Part shown: positions 1-9,732 of the stretch, in pieces
How positions within the stretch are numbered: the stretch's first letter is position 1
Layout of the letters: each line of letters begins with the position of its first letter
Source: a virus
DNA: 50,263 nt
Strand: one strand, 5' to 3'
Virus record (IMG/VR): IMGVR_UViG_3300045988_133551
Location: 1-50,263 of that record
The notes under the pieces: generated by a model
What the model saw: the letters and a program-made list of their open reading frames with translations, nothing else
Told to the model about the DNA's origin: nothing
The model's database searches: none
Position numbers and translations under genes: made by a program

Positions 1-55
1 AAGCTCAGGTTGACTCCAAAGATCCACCCGCGCAGCCTGCGAAGCAATCAAAAAA
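1..55. repeat. Terminal direct repeat, copy 1 (identical to 50209..50263)
   Basis: aagctcaggttgactccaaagatccacccgcgcagcctgcgaagcaatcaaaaaa is read at both ends. This is typical of a k-mer overlap in a circular assembly. Confidence 0.95.
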
Positions 56-203
56 AGCAGATGCGGAGGATAGCATATCTGCTCGACGCATTCCTGCCGG
101 CAGTAAGGACGGGGAGGAGCTTTGCACCTGCTCTGTATGTGGAGATTTGCAGAGGGCAAACCGCAAAGTGTGCTTCACGTGCGGAAGAAAATTTATAGAT
201 TGA
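1..203 (+). CDS. Junction-spanning membrane / zinc-ribbon protein, C-terminal part (codons in phase from nt 3; stop TGA 201..203)
   Basis: Continuation of 49971..50263. It ends with CTCSVCG..(11)..CFTCG, a CxxC-N-CxxC zinc ribbon. The ORF track misses it because it crosses the window edge. Confidence 0.75.
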   Translation, partial: AQVDSKDPPAQPAKQSKKADAEDSISARRIPAGSKDGEELCTCSVCGDLQRANRKVCFTCGRKFID

Positions 204-225
204 CGAATTAACGTTGATATTTCGG

Positions 226-251
226 CCCGTGCCAGTTGGTACGGGTTTTTT
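226..251 (+). terminator. Rho-independent terminator
   Basis: cccgtgcc-agtt-ggtacggg stem (one G:T pair) followed by tttttt, 23 nt after the stop at 203. Confidence 0.75.
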
Positions 252-281
252 CATGCCAAATTTTGAGAGGAGATCACAAAT

Positions 282-662
282 ATGGCCCGTAAAACCCTTG
301 ATTTTGACCGTTTCCTGTCCGAGCGTGAGAACGCGACGATGACGATCCGGGTATTTGGCCGCGACTGCATCGTCCCGGCGGAGCTGCCCTTTGATTATAT
401 GCTCAAGATCGAGCGCATGGTGCGCGATAAGGTCGCCATCACCGGCGAGGAGAATTTCATGTTGCTCCGGCAGATGTTCTCCAGCGATGATTTTGAATAC
501 ATCGTGCATCACCCGGAGTTCCGCGCCAGCTACGTTTGGGAGTTGATCGCCTTTGCGTGGCTCCGCGCGGAAAAAGAGGAGCAGAAGCCATCGGAGCCGG
601 TTTTTAAGACCGAGGACGATGTGAAAATCGAAGAGACGAAGGCGCGCAGCGCAAAAAAGTAA
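282..662 (+). CDS. Tail assembly chaperone (gpG-like)
   Basis: SD GAGAGGAG. Sits immediately upstream of the tape measure gene. The ORF ends in a slippery A_AAA_AAG followed by TAA. Confidence 0.85.
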   Translation: MARKTLDFDRFLSERENATMTIRVFGRDCIVPAELPFDYMLKIERMVRDKVAITGEENFMLLRQMFSSDDFEYIVHHPEFRASYVWELIAFAWLRAEKEEQKPSEPVFKTEDDVKIEETKARSAKK

Positions 663-904
663 CAGTCAGCCCGATTGATCTATGGCAATACATCGAGGCT
701 GACTTCCAGCGCGAATATGGAATTGATCTCGTCGCGGCCAGAATATCATGGCGCAAATTCTGCGTCCTGTATGGCGGCCTGTCCGGGCATAGCCGGACAT
801 ACGCCAATTACGACCGCATCGCAAAAAAAGTTACGGAAAACGGCGCGACTTCTACGGGCTGGAGCCAGCTCGTAGGGCTTGCAAAGCCGGACGGAAAGGG
901 GTAA
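282..904 (+). CDS. Tail assembly chaperone frameshift fusion (gpGT-like; -1 slip at 653..659)
   Basis: The -1 frame encodes KKVTVSPIDLWQYIEADFQREYGIDLVAARISWRKFCVLYGGLS..., which looks Gp15/gpT-like. It ends at TAA 902..904, 6 nt before the TMP ATG. Confidence 0.75.
653..659 (+). promoter_or_regulatory. -1 programmed ribosomal frameshift site (A AAA AAG)
   Basis: Canonical X_XXY_YYZ heptamer in the zero frame gca-aaa-aag-taa. The -1 frame is open from here to 904. Confidence 0.8.
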
Positions 905-910
905 ACACGC

Positions 911-3900
911 ATGCCCGGAAGCTATAACGCCGGTTCTGTCTACGCGGAAGCGACGCTCAATATCGAAAAATTCAAGGCCGCCGCGTCGCAGATGGGCGGC
1001 GAAGCCGGTAAAATCGTCACTGCCCTCGACCGTGCGGGTGCCGGGCTGGAGAAATCGCAGCGGGCATTGGATTTGCTCTCTCAAAATCTGAGCGCCGCGA
1101 AAAGCAGAGTTGATACTGCCGCGTTTAGTTTTAGCTCCGCCAGTGCTAAACTTAACGAGCTTGAAGAGGCCGCAAACGCCGCATCTATTAAAGCTGCTGA
1201 GATGGAGACAGCCTACACCAATGCTGCCCAGGCATTTGGCGAAAGCAGTATTCAAGCGGCGCAGGCAAAACCCGCATATGAAGAAGCGGCGGCGAACGCT
1301 GACAAGCTCAATGCCTCCGTCGGAAAGCAGGAAACTGTTGTGCGCAAAAGCGCAGATGCGCTCAAACGCGCCGAGCTTGCCGTAAAATCCTATGAAAACC
1401 GCATCAGTGACACCAAAGCCAAAATCGACGGATTCAACGACACGATTTCCAACCTCAATTCAGAGCTTGCCTCCGGCACGATGCAGGGAGCTGCCAGCGA
1501 TATGGATGCTGCCGGCGCAGCCACAGAAGCCCTCAACGACATTACTGATACGGCCAGTCATACACTCCAGCGAGGTTTTGCTTCTGCGGTTCAGAGCGCT
1601 GTCGGGCAGCTCGATCTGTTTCAGGGCAAATCCGGTTTGGCAGGTCTTGCCCTGCAATCTGTCCAGCGCTCCATGCAGCCGCTTATAAGCAAGCTCAGTC
1701 TCACCACGCTCGGCTTTGGTGCGCTCGCCGCCGGCGCGGTTTACGCGGCCTATAAGCTCTATGATTACGCCTCAGGCGCAAAGGCGGCCCGTGAGGCGCA
1801 GGAAGAGCTCAACAAAACGGCGCAGGAATGGGCCGATACCGATGTGACGACCAGTTATGAGAAATCGAAGGGCATGTCTGCCTTTGGCCTTGACGGCGAT
1901 GATTTCCAGCGCATGGTCAAGGGTTCCCGCGGCTGGATGGAAGAACTGACCCGCGTGTGGTCGGACGGTAAAAAAGAGACGGACGACATCGTCTCCGAGA
2001 TGGTCAGCGGCTTCACCAGCGGAACGGACGAGCTTCGCGACGGCCTTGCGGAGATCAAGGACGCAGCCGCTTCCGGCGGTTATGTCAGCGACGGATTTTT
2101 ACAGGGGCTCGACGAGGATGCGGCGCGCCTCGATGAGATCGACGCAGCCGTTGAGGCGCTGCTGAAAAAGAAGCAAAACGGCCTGCTGTCTGAGGCGGAT
2201 ACGCAGTCGCTTCAGGCGCTTTATGATGAGCGCGAGGCCATTGAGATCAAATATAAGCTCAAGCCAGACAGCGAAAACGGAAACCCGTTTGAAGAGATCA
2301 CGACAAACGTAGACGCTGCGCTCTCTAGAGGAGCGCAGGGCACGGACGTTTGGGCGGACGCTTATGCAGCGGCAACGCAGGGCCTCGCTCAGTATAACGA
2401 GGCCATCCAGCAGGAATATGATCGGCAGTATGCCCTCATCCAGCTCATCGAGGACGATGGAGAGCGCAAACAGGCCCTTGAAGACCTCAATCAGTGGTGG
2501 AATGATGCTACTACGCAGGGCGTGGACAAATATGCAGAAGCGCTCAATTATGCAATGGATTCTACCAATGTTTTTGGTGAAGGAACCGCCTATGACAATA
2601 CGGCAGATAAGCTCGAACACATCCGTCAGCTTATGATCGAGGTGTCCAAAACAGGCGATAAAACTAAGCAGGCGGAACTTGCGACGGCCCTTTCTGAATT
2701 GGATGAAACGCAGGTCGTAGAAATGACCGCCGCGTTGCAGTCAATGCAGGATGCCGCAAACAAAAGTGGCACGACGTTGAGTTCTGAGGCGCAGGATGCA
2801 TATTTCACGCTTACGTCGCTGAAAACAATACTCAACGACGAAACGTTGCAAAAAGGATTGCCTGAAGACCTCATTAAATCGATGAATGATATGTTTGGCG
2901 AAGGGCTGGACAAAGAGGTCTTACAGGTCTATGCGGCTTTGGATGCTGATTTTCTGGAAGAATCGTATACCGCATGGGCCGAAGGAGCGCATGCCGAAAT
3001 CGAAGGCACCGTCAAAGTAGTCAAATTTGAGGATGGCAATTTTACAAATTCTGCCGATCCCCAAATGAGCTATGCTTCGGCAAGCGGTCAGGTAAACAAG
3101 ACCGGTTTCCTCGGCATTCCAACTGGCACCGCAAATATGATTGACTCCCTCGCCAATAGCGTTAAAAACTATAACGAGGTGCTGAATTCCTCCGATGCGC
3201 ATAGCGCTGCTCAAATGCAAAGCGCCATATTCGAGCAAGCGTTAAACGCCGGGGGGCGCCTGAATAGCGATGACGGAAAAGGCTTTGAAGAACTCGCTCA
3301 GTACATCGCAAACGGCCTGCAAATGCTTAAAAACGGCGAATTAAGTGAAGATGAAGCCGCGCAGTTGTTCTCAGTAATCGAGAACGTACAGACAATTCTC
3401 GGTTCCGCGGACGCTGTCGGAGCCTTGGGCGATGTAGGTGTAGACTTGGCTGAAGGTCTCGCAGAGGGCTTTGCGGGATTCGGCTGGGCAAGCACCGCAG
3501 AAACGGTCGCTTCCGACATCGACGCAGCAGTCCGCGCCGCGGAGCAGTCCCATTCTCCCGCGGAGCGAACAAAGCCCATCGGAAATGACGTAGCCGCCGG
3601 CATCGGCGCAGGAATGGGCGAATACGACTTTTCCGGTGATGCTGAAACTGTCGCCGCCGCCGCAAATGCGGCCCTCAGCTCTGCGATGGCTGGCCCGACT
3701 GCGAAAACGCTGGGACGCAATTTTTCCTCCGGACTCGCGACCGGTATTCGAAATGGGAAATCCGGCGTAATTTCAGCGGCGATTGAAGTTGCGAGTGCCG
3801 CAGCACAGGCGGCGAGAAATGCACTCGATATCCACTCTCCCTCTCGCGTCATGGAATCCATCGGCGAATACTATGACCTCGGATTTATGGGCGGCATCCG

Positions 3901-4165
3901 CAACCTGTCGCCCGACATCGAGCGTGCTGTTGCAGAAGCCGTTTACGTCGAGCCGCCGCGTGATCTGGGCGAGCCGAGCGGCAGAACCACCAGCAGTGCG
4001 CGCGAGGTCGTCATCGACTATGACCGCCTTGCGGAGGCCATGTCGAATCAGCATATTGAGCTTGTTGAGAATGGCAAGGTTGCCGCCAAAGTCAGAGCGC
4101 GCTACACTGCAGAGGCCGCAGCAAATCGCAATCGCGGAATCGCCCTGGGCTATGGAGCGAGGTGA
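911..4165 (+). CDS. Tape measure protein
   Basis: 1,084 aa, Ala/Glu-rich and coiled-coil, with an internal hydrophobic segment (LTTLGFGALAAGAVYAAY). Located after the G/GT chaperones. Confidence 0.9.
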   Translation: MPGSYNAGSVYAEATLNIEKFKAAASQMGGEAGKIVTALDRAGAGLEKSQRALDLLSQNLSAAKSRVDTAAFSFSSASAKLNELEEAANAASIKAAEMETAYTNAAQAFGESSIQAAQAKPAYEEAAANADKLNASVGKQETVVRKSADALKRAELAVKSYENRISDTKAKIDGFNDTISNLNSELASGTMQGAASDMDAAGAATEALNDITDTASHTLQRGFASAVQSAVGQLDLFQGKSGLAGLALQSVQRSMQPLISKLSLTTLGFGALAAGAVYAAYKLYDYASGAKAAREAQEELNKTAQEWADTDVTTSYEKSKGMSAFGLDGDDFQRMVKGSRGWMEELTRVWSDGKKETDDIVSEMVSGFTSGTDELRDGLAEIKDAAASGGYVSDGFLQGLDEDAARLDEIDAAVEALLKKKQNGLLSEADTQSLQALYDEREAIEIKYKLKPDSENGNPFEEITTNVDAALSRGAQGTDVWADAYAAATQGLAQYNEAIQQEYDRQYALIQLIEDDGERKQALEDLNQWWNDATTQGVDKYAEALNYAMDSTNVFGEGTAYDNTADKLEHIRQLMIEVSKTGDKTKQAELATALSELDETQVVEMTAALQSMQDAANKSGTTLSSEAQDAYFTLTSLKTILNDETLQKGLPEDLIKSMNDMFGEGLDKEVLQVYAALDADFLEESYTAWAEGAHAEIEGTVKVVKFEDGNFTNSADPQMSYASASGQVNKTGFLGIPTGTANMIDSLANSVKNYNEVLNSSDAHSAAQMQSAIFEQALNAGGRLNSDDGKGFEELAQYIANGLQMLKNGELSEDEAAQLFSVIENVQTILGSADAVGALGDVGVDLAEGLAEGFAGFGWASTAETVASDIDAAVRAAEQSHSPAERTKPIGNDVAAGIGAGMGEYDFSGDAETVAAAANAALSSAMAGPTAKTLGRNFSSGLATGIRNGKSGVISAAIEVASAAAQAARNALDIHSPSRVMESIGEYYDLGFMGGIRNLSPDIERAVAEAVYVEPPRDLGEPSGRTTSSAREVVIDYDRLAEAMSNQHIELVENGKVAAKVRARYTAEAAANRNRGIALGYGAR

Positions 4166-4169
4166 GAAA

Positions 4170-4886
4170 ATGAGCAGAAGCAATAACAATGTTTTTTATT
4201 TCAACGATTCTTCCTCTTCTGATCACGGCGTTCGACTGATAAACGTCTACATTCCTTCCCTCCCGGCGGCACGAGGAAAAGTTGAAACGCCGCCGGGCCG
4301 GAACGGCGAACTGTGGATGGCTGAGGGATGCTACGACACCATCACCATAAAGCTGCAATGCCGGGCGAACAAGTCCAAACATAGCGAAATCGGCGGATGG
4401 CTGACCGGGCGCGGAAAACTGCGGTTTTCTTCCGCTCCCGGTTTTGAATTTATAGGACGAGTAAGCAAGCAGGTGGATTTCAAACAGCTCACCGCGGATT
4501 CCGATCCGCTCATTGAGTTTACGGTCACGTTTGCTTTACAGCCCTTCCGCTACGTCTATCCGCCCAAGCCCGCCGAGGAGATCACCACCTCCGGCGGGAC
4601 GATCACCAATCCCGGCACCGTGTTTTCTCAGCCGCAGATCAAGCTGACGGGCAGCGGCGACATTACGCTGGTGGTCAACGGCTATTCCGTCGAGGCACGG
4701 GGCCTGACGGACGGAGCGATTATTGACTGCGAGCTTATGGAGACGTTCAATCTGGCCAAAACCGCGTCGCTCAACAGCAGCTTTGTGATGGACGAGTTTC
4801 CGGTGCTGCGGCCCGGGGCGAATATCATCACGTGGACGGGCAGCGTGACCAAGGTTGAGATCACGCCGCGATGGAGGTATCTATGA
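4170..4886 (+). CDS. Distal tail protein (Dit, siphovirus tail family)
   Basis: ATG lies after GAGGTGA. 238 aa, directly after the TMP, with an ATGA overlap onto the Tal gene. The upstream part of the track ORF overlaps the TMP and was trimmed. Confidence 0.8.
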   Translation: MSRSNNNVFYFNDSSSSDHGVRLINVYIPSLPAARGKVETPPGRNGELWMAEGCYDTITIKLQCRANKSKHSEIGGWLTGRGKLRFSSAPGFEFIGRVSKQVDFKQLTADSDPLIEFTVTFALQPFRYVYPPKPAEEITTSGGTITNPGTVFSQPQIKLTGSGDITLVVNGYSVEARGLTDGAIIDCELMETFNLAKTASLNSSFVMDEFPVLRPGANIITWTGSVTKVEITPRWRYL

Positions 4887-7800
4887 TCAACATCTACCCG
4901 GCAGACACTGAGGACTTTTCCACGCTGGGGTTGGCCGTACTCCAACCCACGGAATGCACCGTGGAGGAAAAGGCCGGCGGCCTGATGGAGCTGGAGATGA
5001 AGCATCCCGTGGACGACGATCTGAAATGGACGTACCTGCAAAACGGATGCATCATCAAGGCCCCATGCGCCGTGCGGGAAGCGCCCATTGTGCGCATCCT
5101 CGACAACGTGCCCAGCGGAGCCACGCAGACCGTCACCCGCGCCATCTACAAGGTGCGAACCAACACCGGCGCGCGCCTGAGACTGCGGGCGAAGCCCAGC
5201 ACCTCGGCCAAGATCATCCGCGCCTACAAGGTCGGGACGGAGGTCGTGCAGCTCTCCAAGTCCGGCGACTGGTCGCGCGTCGTCATCAAGAGCGGCGGCG
5301 CGACGGGCTGGATGTACAGTCAGTATCTCAAATTCGACCGCAACGAGACGGAGACCGTCAAGGGCGACAACGACCAGCCCAGCGTCGTCATCGAGAGCAA
5401 ACAGACGCGGGATCAGCTCTTCCGCATCTATTCCGTGGGGCGCGACGCAGAGACGGGCATGGTGGAGGTCAAGGCCTCCCACATATTCTACGACCTGTCC
5501 GGCGTGATCTGTACCAGAGACTATCATCCGGAAAACGTCGCCGCTGACACGGTTCTGAGCACCATTCTGGCCAGCGCCAGCGCCGAGCATGGCTTTACCT
5601 TTCACTGCAAGGTTACCAAGGCGATTTCGGGCGACTACACCGGCGCATCCATCGTCAAGGCGCTGCTCGACCCGGACATTGGCATCGTGCCCCAGACCGG
5701 CGCGCGGATCATCCGCGACAATTACGACGTGTATATTCTGCCGGACGAGGTCATGGATCGCGGCATGGAGATTCGGCATCGCAAAAACCTTCTTGGCGCT
5801 GTGCTGACGGTGGATGTATCCGGCGTGGTGACGCGCATCCGGCCCGTGGGCAAGGACAAAGACGGCAACCGCCTGCTCATCACGGAGAATAACGGCTGGG
5901 TGGAGAGCGCCAACAAGGCCCTCTACCCCACCAGCCGGGACGCGGAGATCGAATACGACGTGAGCGTCTCCACGGCCAAGGACGCGCAGTTTAAGACCAA
6001 CGCGGCGGCCAGAGCCGAGCTGAAGCGCCTCGCCCAGCAGGATTTTGCGGACGGCATGGACGCGGCCGCGGTGAGCCTTGACGTGCAGCTCGCGGCGCTG
6101 GAAAACTCGGCAGAATACGCGGACTACGCGCAGCTGCTTACGGTGTTTTTGTACGATACTGTCAATGTCATCGCGTCCTATGTGGGCATCAACGCCAAGC
6201 TCCGCGTCAATGGATACGTCTACGACTGCCTGCTGAAGCGCTATCAGGACGTGTATGTGGGCGACATTTCGGAGCTTGAGCAGACCACCTATGGCTACGA
6301 GATCGCCGACGGCAGCGTATCCGGCGTGAAGCTCCTGCCGGGCAGCGTCAACGCCAACAGCGTCATGCGCAATGCCACCATCGGCTACGCTAAGATCGCC
6401 CAGGCGGCCATTGAGCAGCTGGCGGCGGACAGCATTGTGGCCATCCGGGCGGACATCCACGAGATCGTGGCGGGCAGCGTGACGACGGATCAGCTGTATG
6501 CCGACCTCGCCAGACTGGCCGTGGCGCAGATCACCACCGCGAACATCAAGGAGGCCAACATTGACTGGGCGCAGATCGCCGAGCTGACGGCGCAGATCGC
6601 GAATATCTCCAAGGCGCAGATCACGACGGCGAACATCAATGCGGCCAATATCAACTGGGCGCAGATCACGTCCCTGTCTGCGGCCATCGCGGACATCGCG
6701 ACGGCCAAGATCGGCGAAGCGGAGATCAAGTCGGCGCAGATCACCGATCTGGAAGCGGAAGTCGCGCGCATTGCGGCGGCGAAGATCGCCGTGGCGGACA
6801 TCGACTGGGCGCATATCAAGGACTTGGTGGCGGGCACGGCCATTTTTACCGCGGGCGTGGGTGACAAGCTGCATATCGCGCGTCTGGCCGTCACCGAGGC
6901 GAATATGGTCAGCCTGAGCGTGGGTGAGCTGCTGGTCAAGGGGCAGGACGGCTCGTTTTACTCCGTATCTGTGGACGCGGATGGGAACATCGTCACCGAG
7001 AAAAAGCAGGTCGTGAACAGCGACGTGAAAGACCTTTCCATCAACGCCGGGGAGAAGATCATCGAGGGCACGGTCACGGCGGCATGTCTCAATGCCAACG
7101 ACATCTTTGCCAACAACGCGACCATCAAGCAGCTCATCGCGGCCAACATCGACGTGGACACGTTGTTCGCTCGGGAAGCGACTATAAATTCGCTCAACGC
7201 GATGGATATTCGCGGGAACAAGTATTTGCAGCTGTATGTGACGGATAAGGTTGACGGTATCTCTGTTGGTGGGAGGAATTATATCGTCAAATCAGAAGGG
7301 CCGTTAAGCGTGACGAGCGACGGAAGTGGGAAAGTGACAAATTGGTTGCTGAACGCTGCAAGTAAAGAAAAAGCGGTTTCGCTTTATGGGCAAACGGTCA
7401 CTGTATCCTTTGACTGGTCGCATACGGTGACGGAAGGAACGGCAACGCTGCTGTTCAACTACAACTACAACGGTGTGACTGCTTTTAATAGCAGCAAGCC
7501 ATCGACTGGGCATTATGAAAACACATTTGTACTGGCTGCGCTCGATCCGATACCATCGTGGGCAAATGAAAACGTGCTCTATCTAGATGGCACGTTTGCT
7601 GGTACGGTGACGCTGACAAACGTCAAGGTTGAGGTCGGCAACAAGGCCACGGACTGGTCACCCGCACCGGAAGACATCGAGGGTGACGTGTCGGCGCTGG
7701 AACAGAGGGTGAGCACTGCGGAGCAGAAGATTACTGCGGACGCGATTGTATCCACCGTCACCAGCTCGACGAGCTATAAGACGCTGAGCAGCACGGCAAG

Positions 7801-9718
7801 CACGGCAAAGAGTACGGCGGAGACGGCGCAAAGCACCGCCAATACGGCCAAGAGTAATGCGGCGACTGCTCAATCGACGGCGAACACTGCAAAGTCTACG
7901 GCTGACACGGCTAAGACCAAGGCCGACGGCAACGCGACTGACATCACGGGGCTGAAGACCCGGATGACTACGGCGGAATCGAAGATCGATCAGAAGGCCG
8001 ACAGCATTACGCTGAGCGTGCTGGAGAAGAAGGTTAACGGCATCTCTGTGGGTGGGAGGAACCTGCTTACGAAAGCAGCATGTAAGGCCAATGCATGTTA
8101 TACCGAGAGCGCAACATGGCGAAGCGGGTATGGGGTAACTCTACCGACAACATCGGATAACCCGACGTTTCAAACGAGCAATCTCAACGGCGGCGGGGCT
8201 TTTGCTATTGGGGAAACCTATACACTATCGTTCACGGCCAAAGCAGAAGGGACGACGAACGTATACACTGACCTGTACCCAGATACGATTGGCGGGATAT
8301 TTGGCAACGCCCAACGAGAAGTTACTACTACCCCTCGAAAAATCGTAATGACCGATGTATTGACTTCTTCAGCCGATCTTGAAAATGTGTATCTCAGATT
8401 CTGGCGAATGCCCTCTGAACCAAAGTTCGCGATCCAAATTTGGGACATCAAGCTCGAAAAGGGCAACAAGGCGACGGACTGGTCTCCTGCGCCGGAAGAC
8501 CCGGCGGGCAGTCTGAGCGTCAACAGCGACTACAGCAAGGTGGACATCAACACCGAGCGCGTGAGGATTGTCTCGAAGCGCATGGAGGTGGCCGTGCCGT
8601 CGGAGGACGGCGAGGACGATGTGCTGCGCGTGGACGCGGACGGTGTGCATGCCGAGGTGGTCGAGGCGGATCAGATTGTGTCGGAATCCGTGGTGCGCAC
8701 TCAGGGCGCGGCGAGCTATACTCCGGCGAACGCGGGCGAGCTGGCGGCGATACTGACGGAGCTGAGCGGGAAGCACCTGACGGGATCAGTGAGCATTAAC
8801 TGCAAAAACGTGTCGTCGGGCAGCTTTTCGATTGACAGAATATCGGGAGGCGGGTACGTCTCGCTGAACAACGGAACAATGAACGCCCTTGAGATTACGA
8901 ACTGCGGGGCGAGCGTTGTTGTTTATCTCAGTCGTATAGCTTTTTCGACCTCCGGGACGGCGCTCACGATTTCGAACGCGCACGAAGTTTACGTCGACAG
9001 CTGCACATTCAACGCCGGCGTCGGCGTGCATCTCGGCAGCGGATGGCCGTCTCAGGCGTACATGACGAGCTGCGCGGGCGACTGCGCGACGATGGCGCAG
9101 GTAGCTCTCATGTCGCGGCTGTGCATCTGCGGCGCGTCCAAGCCCACCGGAACAGTAAGCCTGAACTACGGCGGCGAAGTCTACAACGCCACGTCTGATC
9201 CGAGCTTTACGGCCAAGGCAAGCCCGAGCATCCCCACGACCCAGACGGTGACGGTGAGCCTGTCGCCTACGCAGACCTACACGCTGCGAGGAACGTCGAA
9301 TTCGGACGGGAATAAGCTGTATCAGGGGAGGTATTCCAGCTCCCAGCCGCTGCGCAGGGGCGTGATGCTGTTTACGCTGCCGACGGATCTGACCAGCGCG
9401 GACAAGATTGACTCTGCGACGCTGACGATCAGGCGCATCGGCGGCGTGGGTCAGGGCGGCGGCGTGACAGTGCAGGTGAGGTGCTACGATGTGCCGGGCA
9501 CGCTCTACGCCAGCAAGACGGCGTATGACGGGCAGACGGTGTCGATCGACGTGACCTCGGCGGTCAAGGCCATGAAGACCAGCGGTTATACGGGCCTGAT
9601 GCTCTACAATCCCGACACGACGACCGTGGGCAGCAAGTTTTACACGGCGAGCTATTCGCGGTTTGCGGGCAAGGGCGAATCGGGCGCGCCGGTGCTGAAG
9701 ATCAGCTATCGCAAGTAA
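4883..9718 (+). CDS. Tail-associated lysin / host-recognition protein (Tal-like N-terminus fused to fibre, CBM-like and beta-helix modules)
   Basis: The N-terminus MINIYPADTEDFSTLGLAVL is Tal/prophage tail endopeptidase-like. It also has an SH3b-like insert, AQIT/ANI repeats, two GGRN...GNKATDWSPAPED modules, a heptad array and a beta-helix-like C-terminus. Confidence 0.85.
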   Translation: MINIYPADTEDFSTLGLAVLQPTECTVEEKAGGLMELEMKHPVDDDLKWTYLQNGCIIKAPCAVREAPIVRILDNVPSGATQTVTRAIYKVRTNTGARLRLRAKPSTSAKIIRAYKVGTEVVQLSKSGDWSRVVIKSGGATGWMYSQYLKFDRNETETVKGDNDQPSVVIESKQTRDQLFRIYSVGRDAETGMVEVKASHIFYDLSGVICTRDYHPENVAADTVLSTILASASAEHGFTFHCKVTKAISGDYTGASIVKALLDPDIGIVPQTGARIIRDNYDVYILPDEVMDRGMEIRHRKNLLGAVLTVDVSGVVTRIRPVGKDKDGNRLLITENNGWVESANKALYPTSRDAEIEYDVSVSTAKDAQFKTNAAARAELKRLAQQDFADGMDAAAVSLDVQLAALENSAEYADYAQLLTVFLYDTVNVIASYVGINAKLRVNGYVYDCLLKRYQDVYVGDISELEQTTYGYEIADGSVSGVKLLPGSVNANSVMRNATIGYAKIAQAAIEQLAADSIVAIRADIHEIVAGSVTTDQLYADLARLAVAQITTANIKEANIDWAQIAELTAQIANISKAQITTANINAANINWAQITSLSAAIADIATAKIGEAEIKSAQITDLEAEVARIAAAKIAVADIDWAHIKDLVAGTAIFTAGVGDKLHIARLAVTEANMVSLSVGELLVKGQDGSFYSVSVDADGNIVTEKKQVVNSDVKDLSINAGEKIIEGTVTAACLNANDIFANNATIKQLIAANIDVDTLFAREATINSLNAMDIRGNKYLQLYVTDKVDGISVGGRNYIVKSEGPLSVTSDGSGKVTNWLLNAASKEKAVSLYGQTVTVSFDWSHTVTEGTATLLFNYNYNGVTAFNSSKPSTGHYENTFVLAALDPIPSWANENVLYLDGTFAGTVTLTNVKVEVGNKATDWSPAPEDIEGDVSALEQRVSTAEQKITADAIVSTVTSSTSYKTLSSTASTAKSTAETAQSTANTAKSNAATAQSTANTAKSTADTAKTKADGNATDITGLKTRMTTAESKIDQKADSITLSVLEKKVNGISVGGRNLLTKAACKANACYTESATWRSGYGVTLPTTSDNPTFQTSNLNGGGAFAIGETYTLSFTAKAEGTTNVYTDLYPDTIGGIFGNAQREVTTTPRKIVMTDVLTSSADLENVYLRFWRMPSEPKFAIQIWDIKLEKGNKATDWSPAPEDPAGSLSVNSDYSKVDINTERVRIVSKRMEVAVPSEDGEDDVLRVDADGVHAEVVEADQIVSESVVRTQGAASYTPANAGELAAILTELSGKHLTGSVSINCKNVSSGSFSIDRISGGGYVSLNNGTMNALEITNCGASVVVYLSRIAFSTSGTALTISNAHEVYVDSCTFNAGVGVHLGSGWPSQAYMTSCAGDCATMAQVALMSRLCICGASKPTGTVSLNYGGEVYNATSDPSFTAKASPSIPTTQTVTVSLSPTQTYTLRGTSNSDGNKLYQGRYSSSQPLRRGVMLFTLPTDLTSADKIDSATLTIRRIGGVGQGGGVTVQVRCYDVPGTLYASKTAYDGQTVSIDVTSAVKAMKTSGYTGLMLYNPDTTTVGSKFYTASYSRFAGKGESGAPVLKISYRK
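6520..6830 (+). repeat. Coding periodic repeat (gcgcagatc... units; AQIT-ANI-type peptide repeats)
   Basis: gcgcagatc recurs about 7 times, with the peptide pattern A(Q/E)I..ANI..W(A)QI. Confidence 0.7.
7790..7930 (+). repeat. Coding 21-nt (heptad) tandem array
   Basis: STASTAK STAETAQ STANTAK SNAATAQ STANTAK STADTAK read in frame. Confidence 0.8.
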
Positions 9719-9732
9719 GGAGGCAATAAGCG

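Noticed and set aside
4682-6874. 730-aa minus-strand ORF antisense to the Tal gene. Similar long antisense ORFs occur at 46350..47576, 39526..41010, 31423..32613, 28503..29399, 17251..18225, 11833..12675 and 20817..21989.
   Set aside because: All lie fully inside well-supported genes on the other strand. They encode Arg/Gly/Ala/His-rich low-complexity sequence and lack SD sites. These are typical open antisense frames of GC-rich coding DNA.
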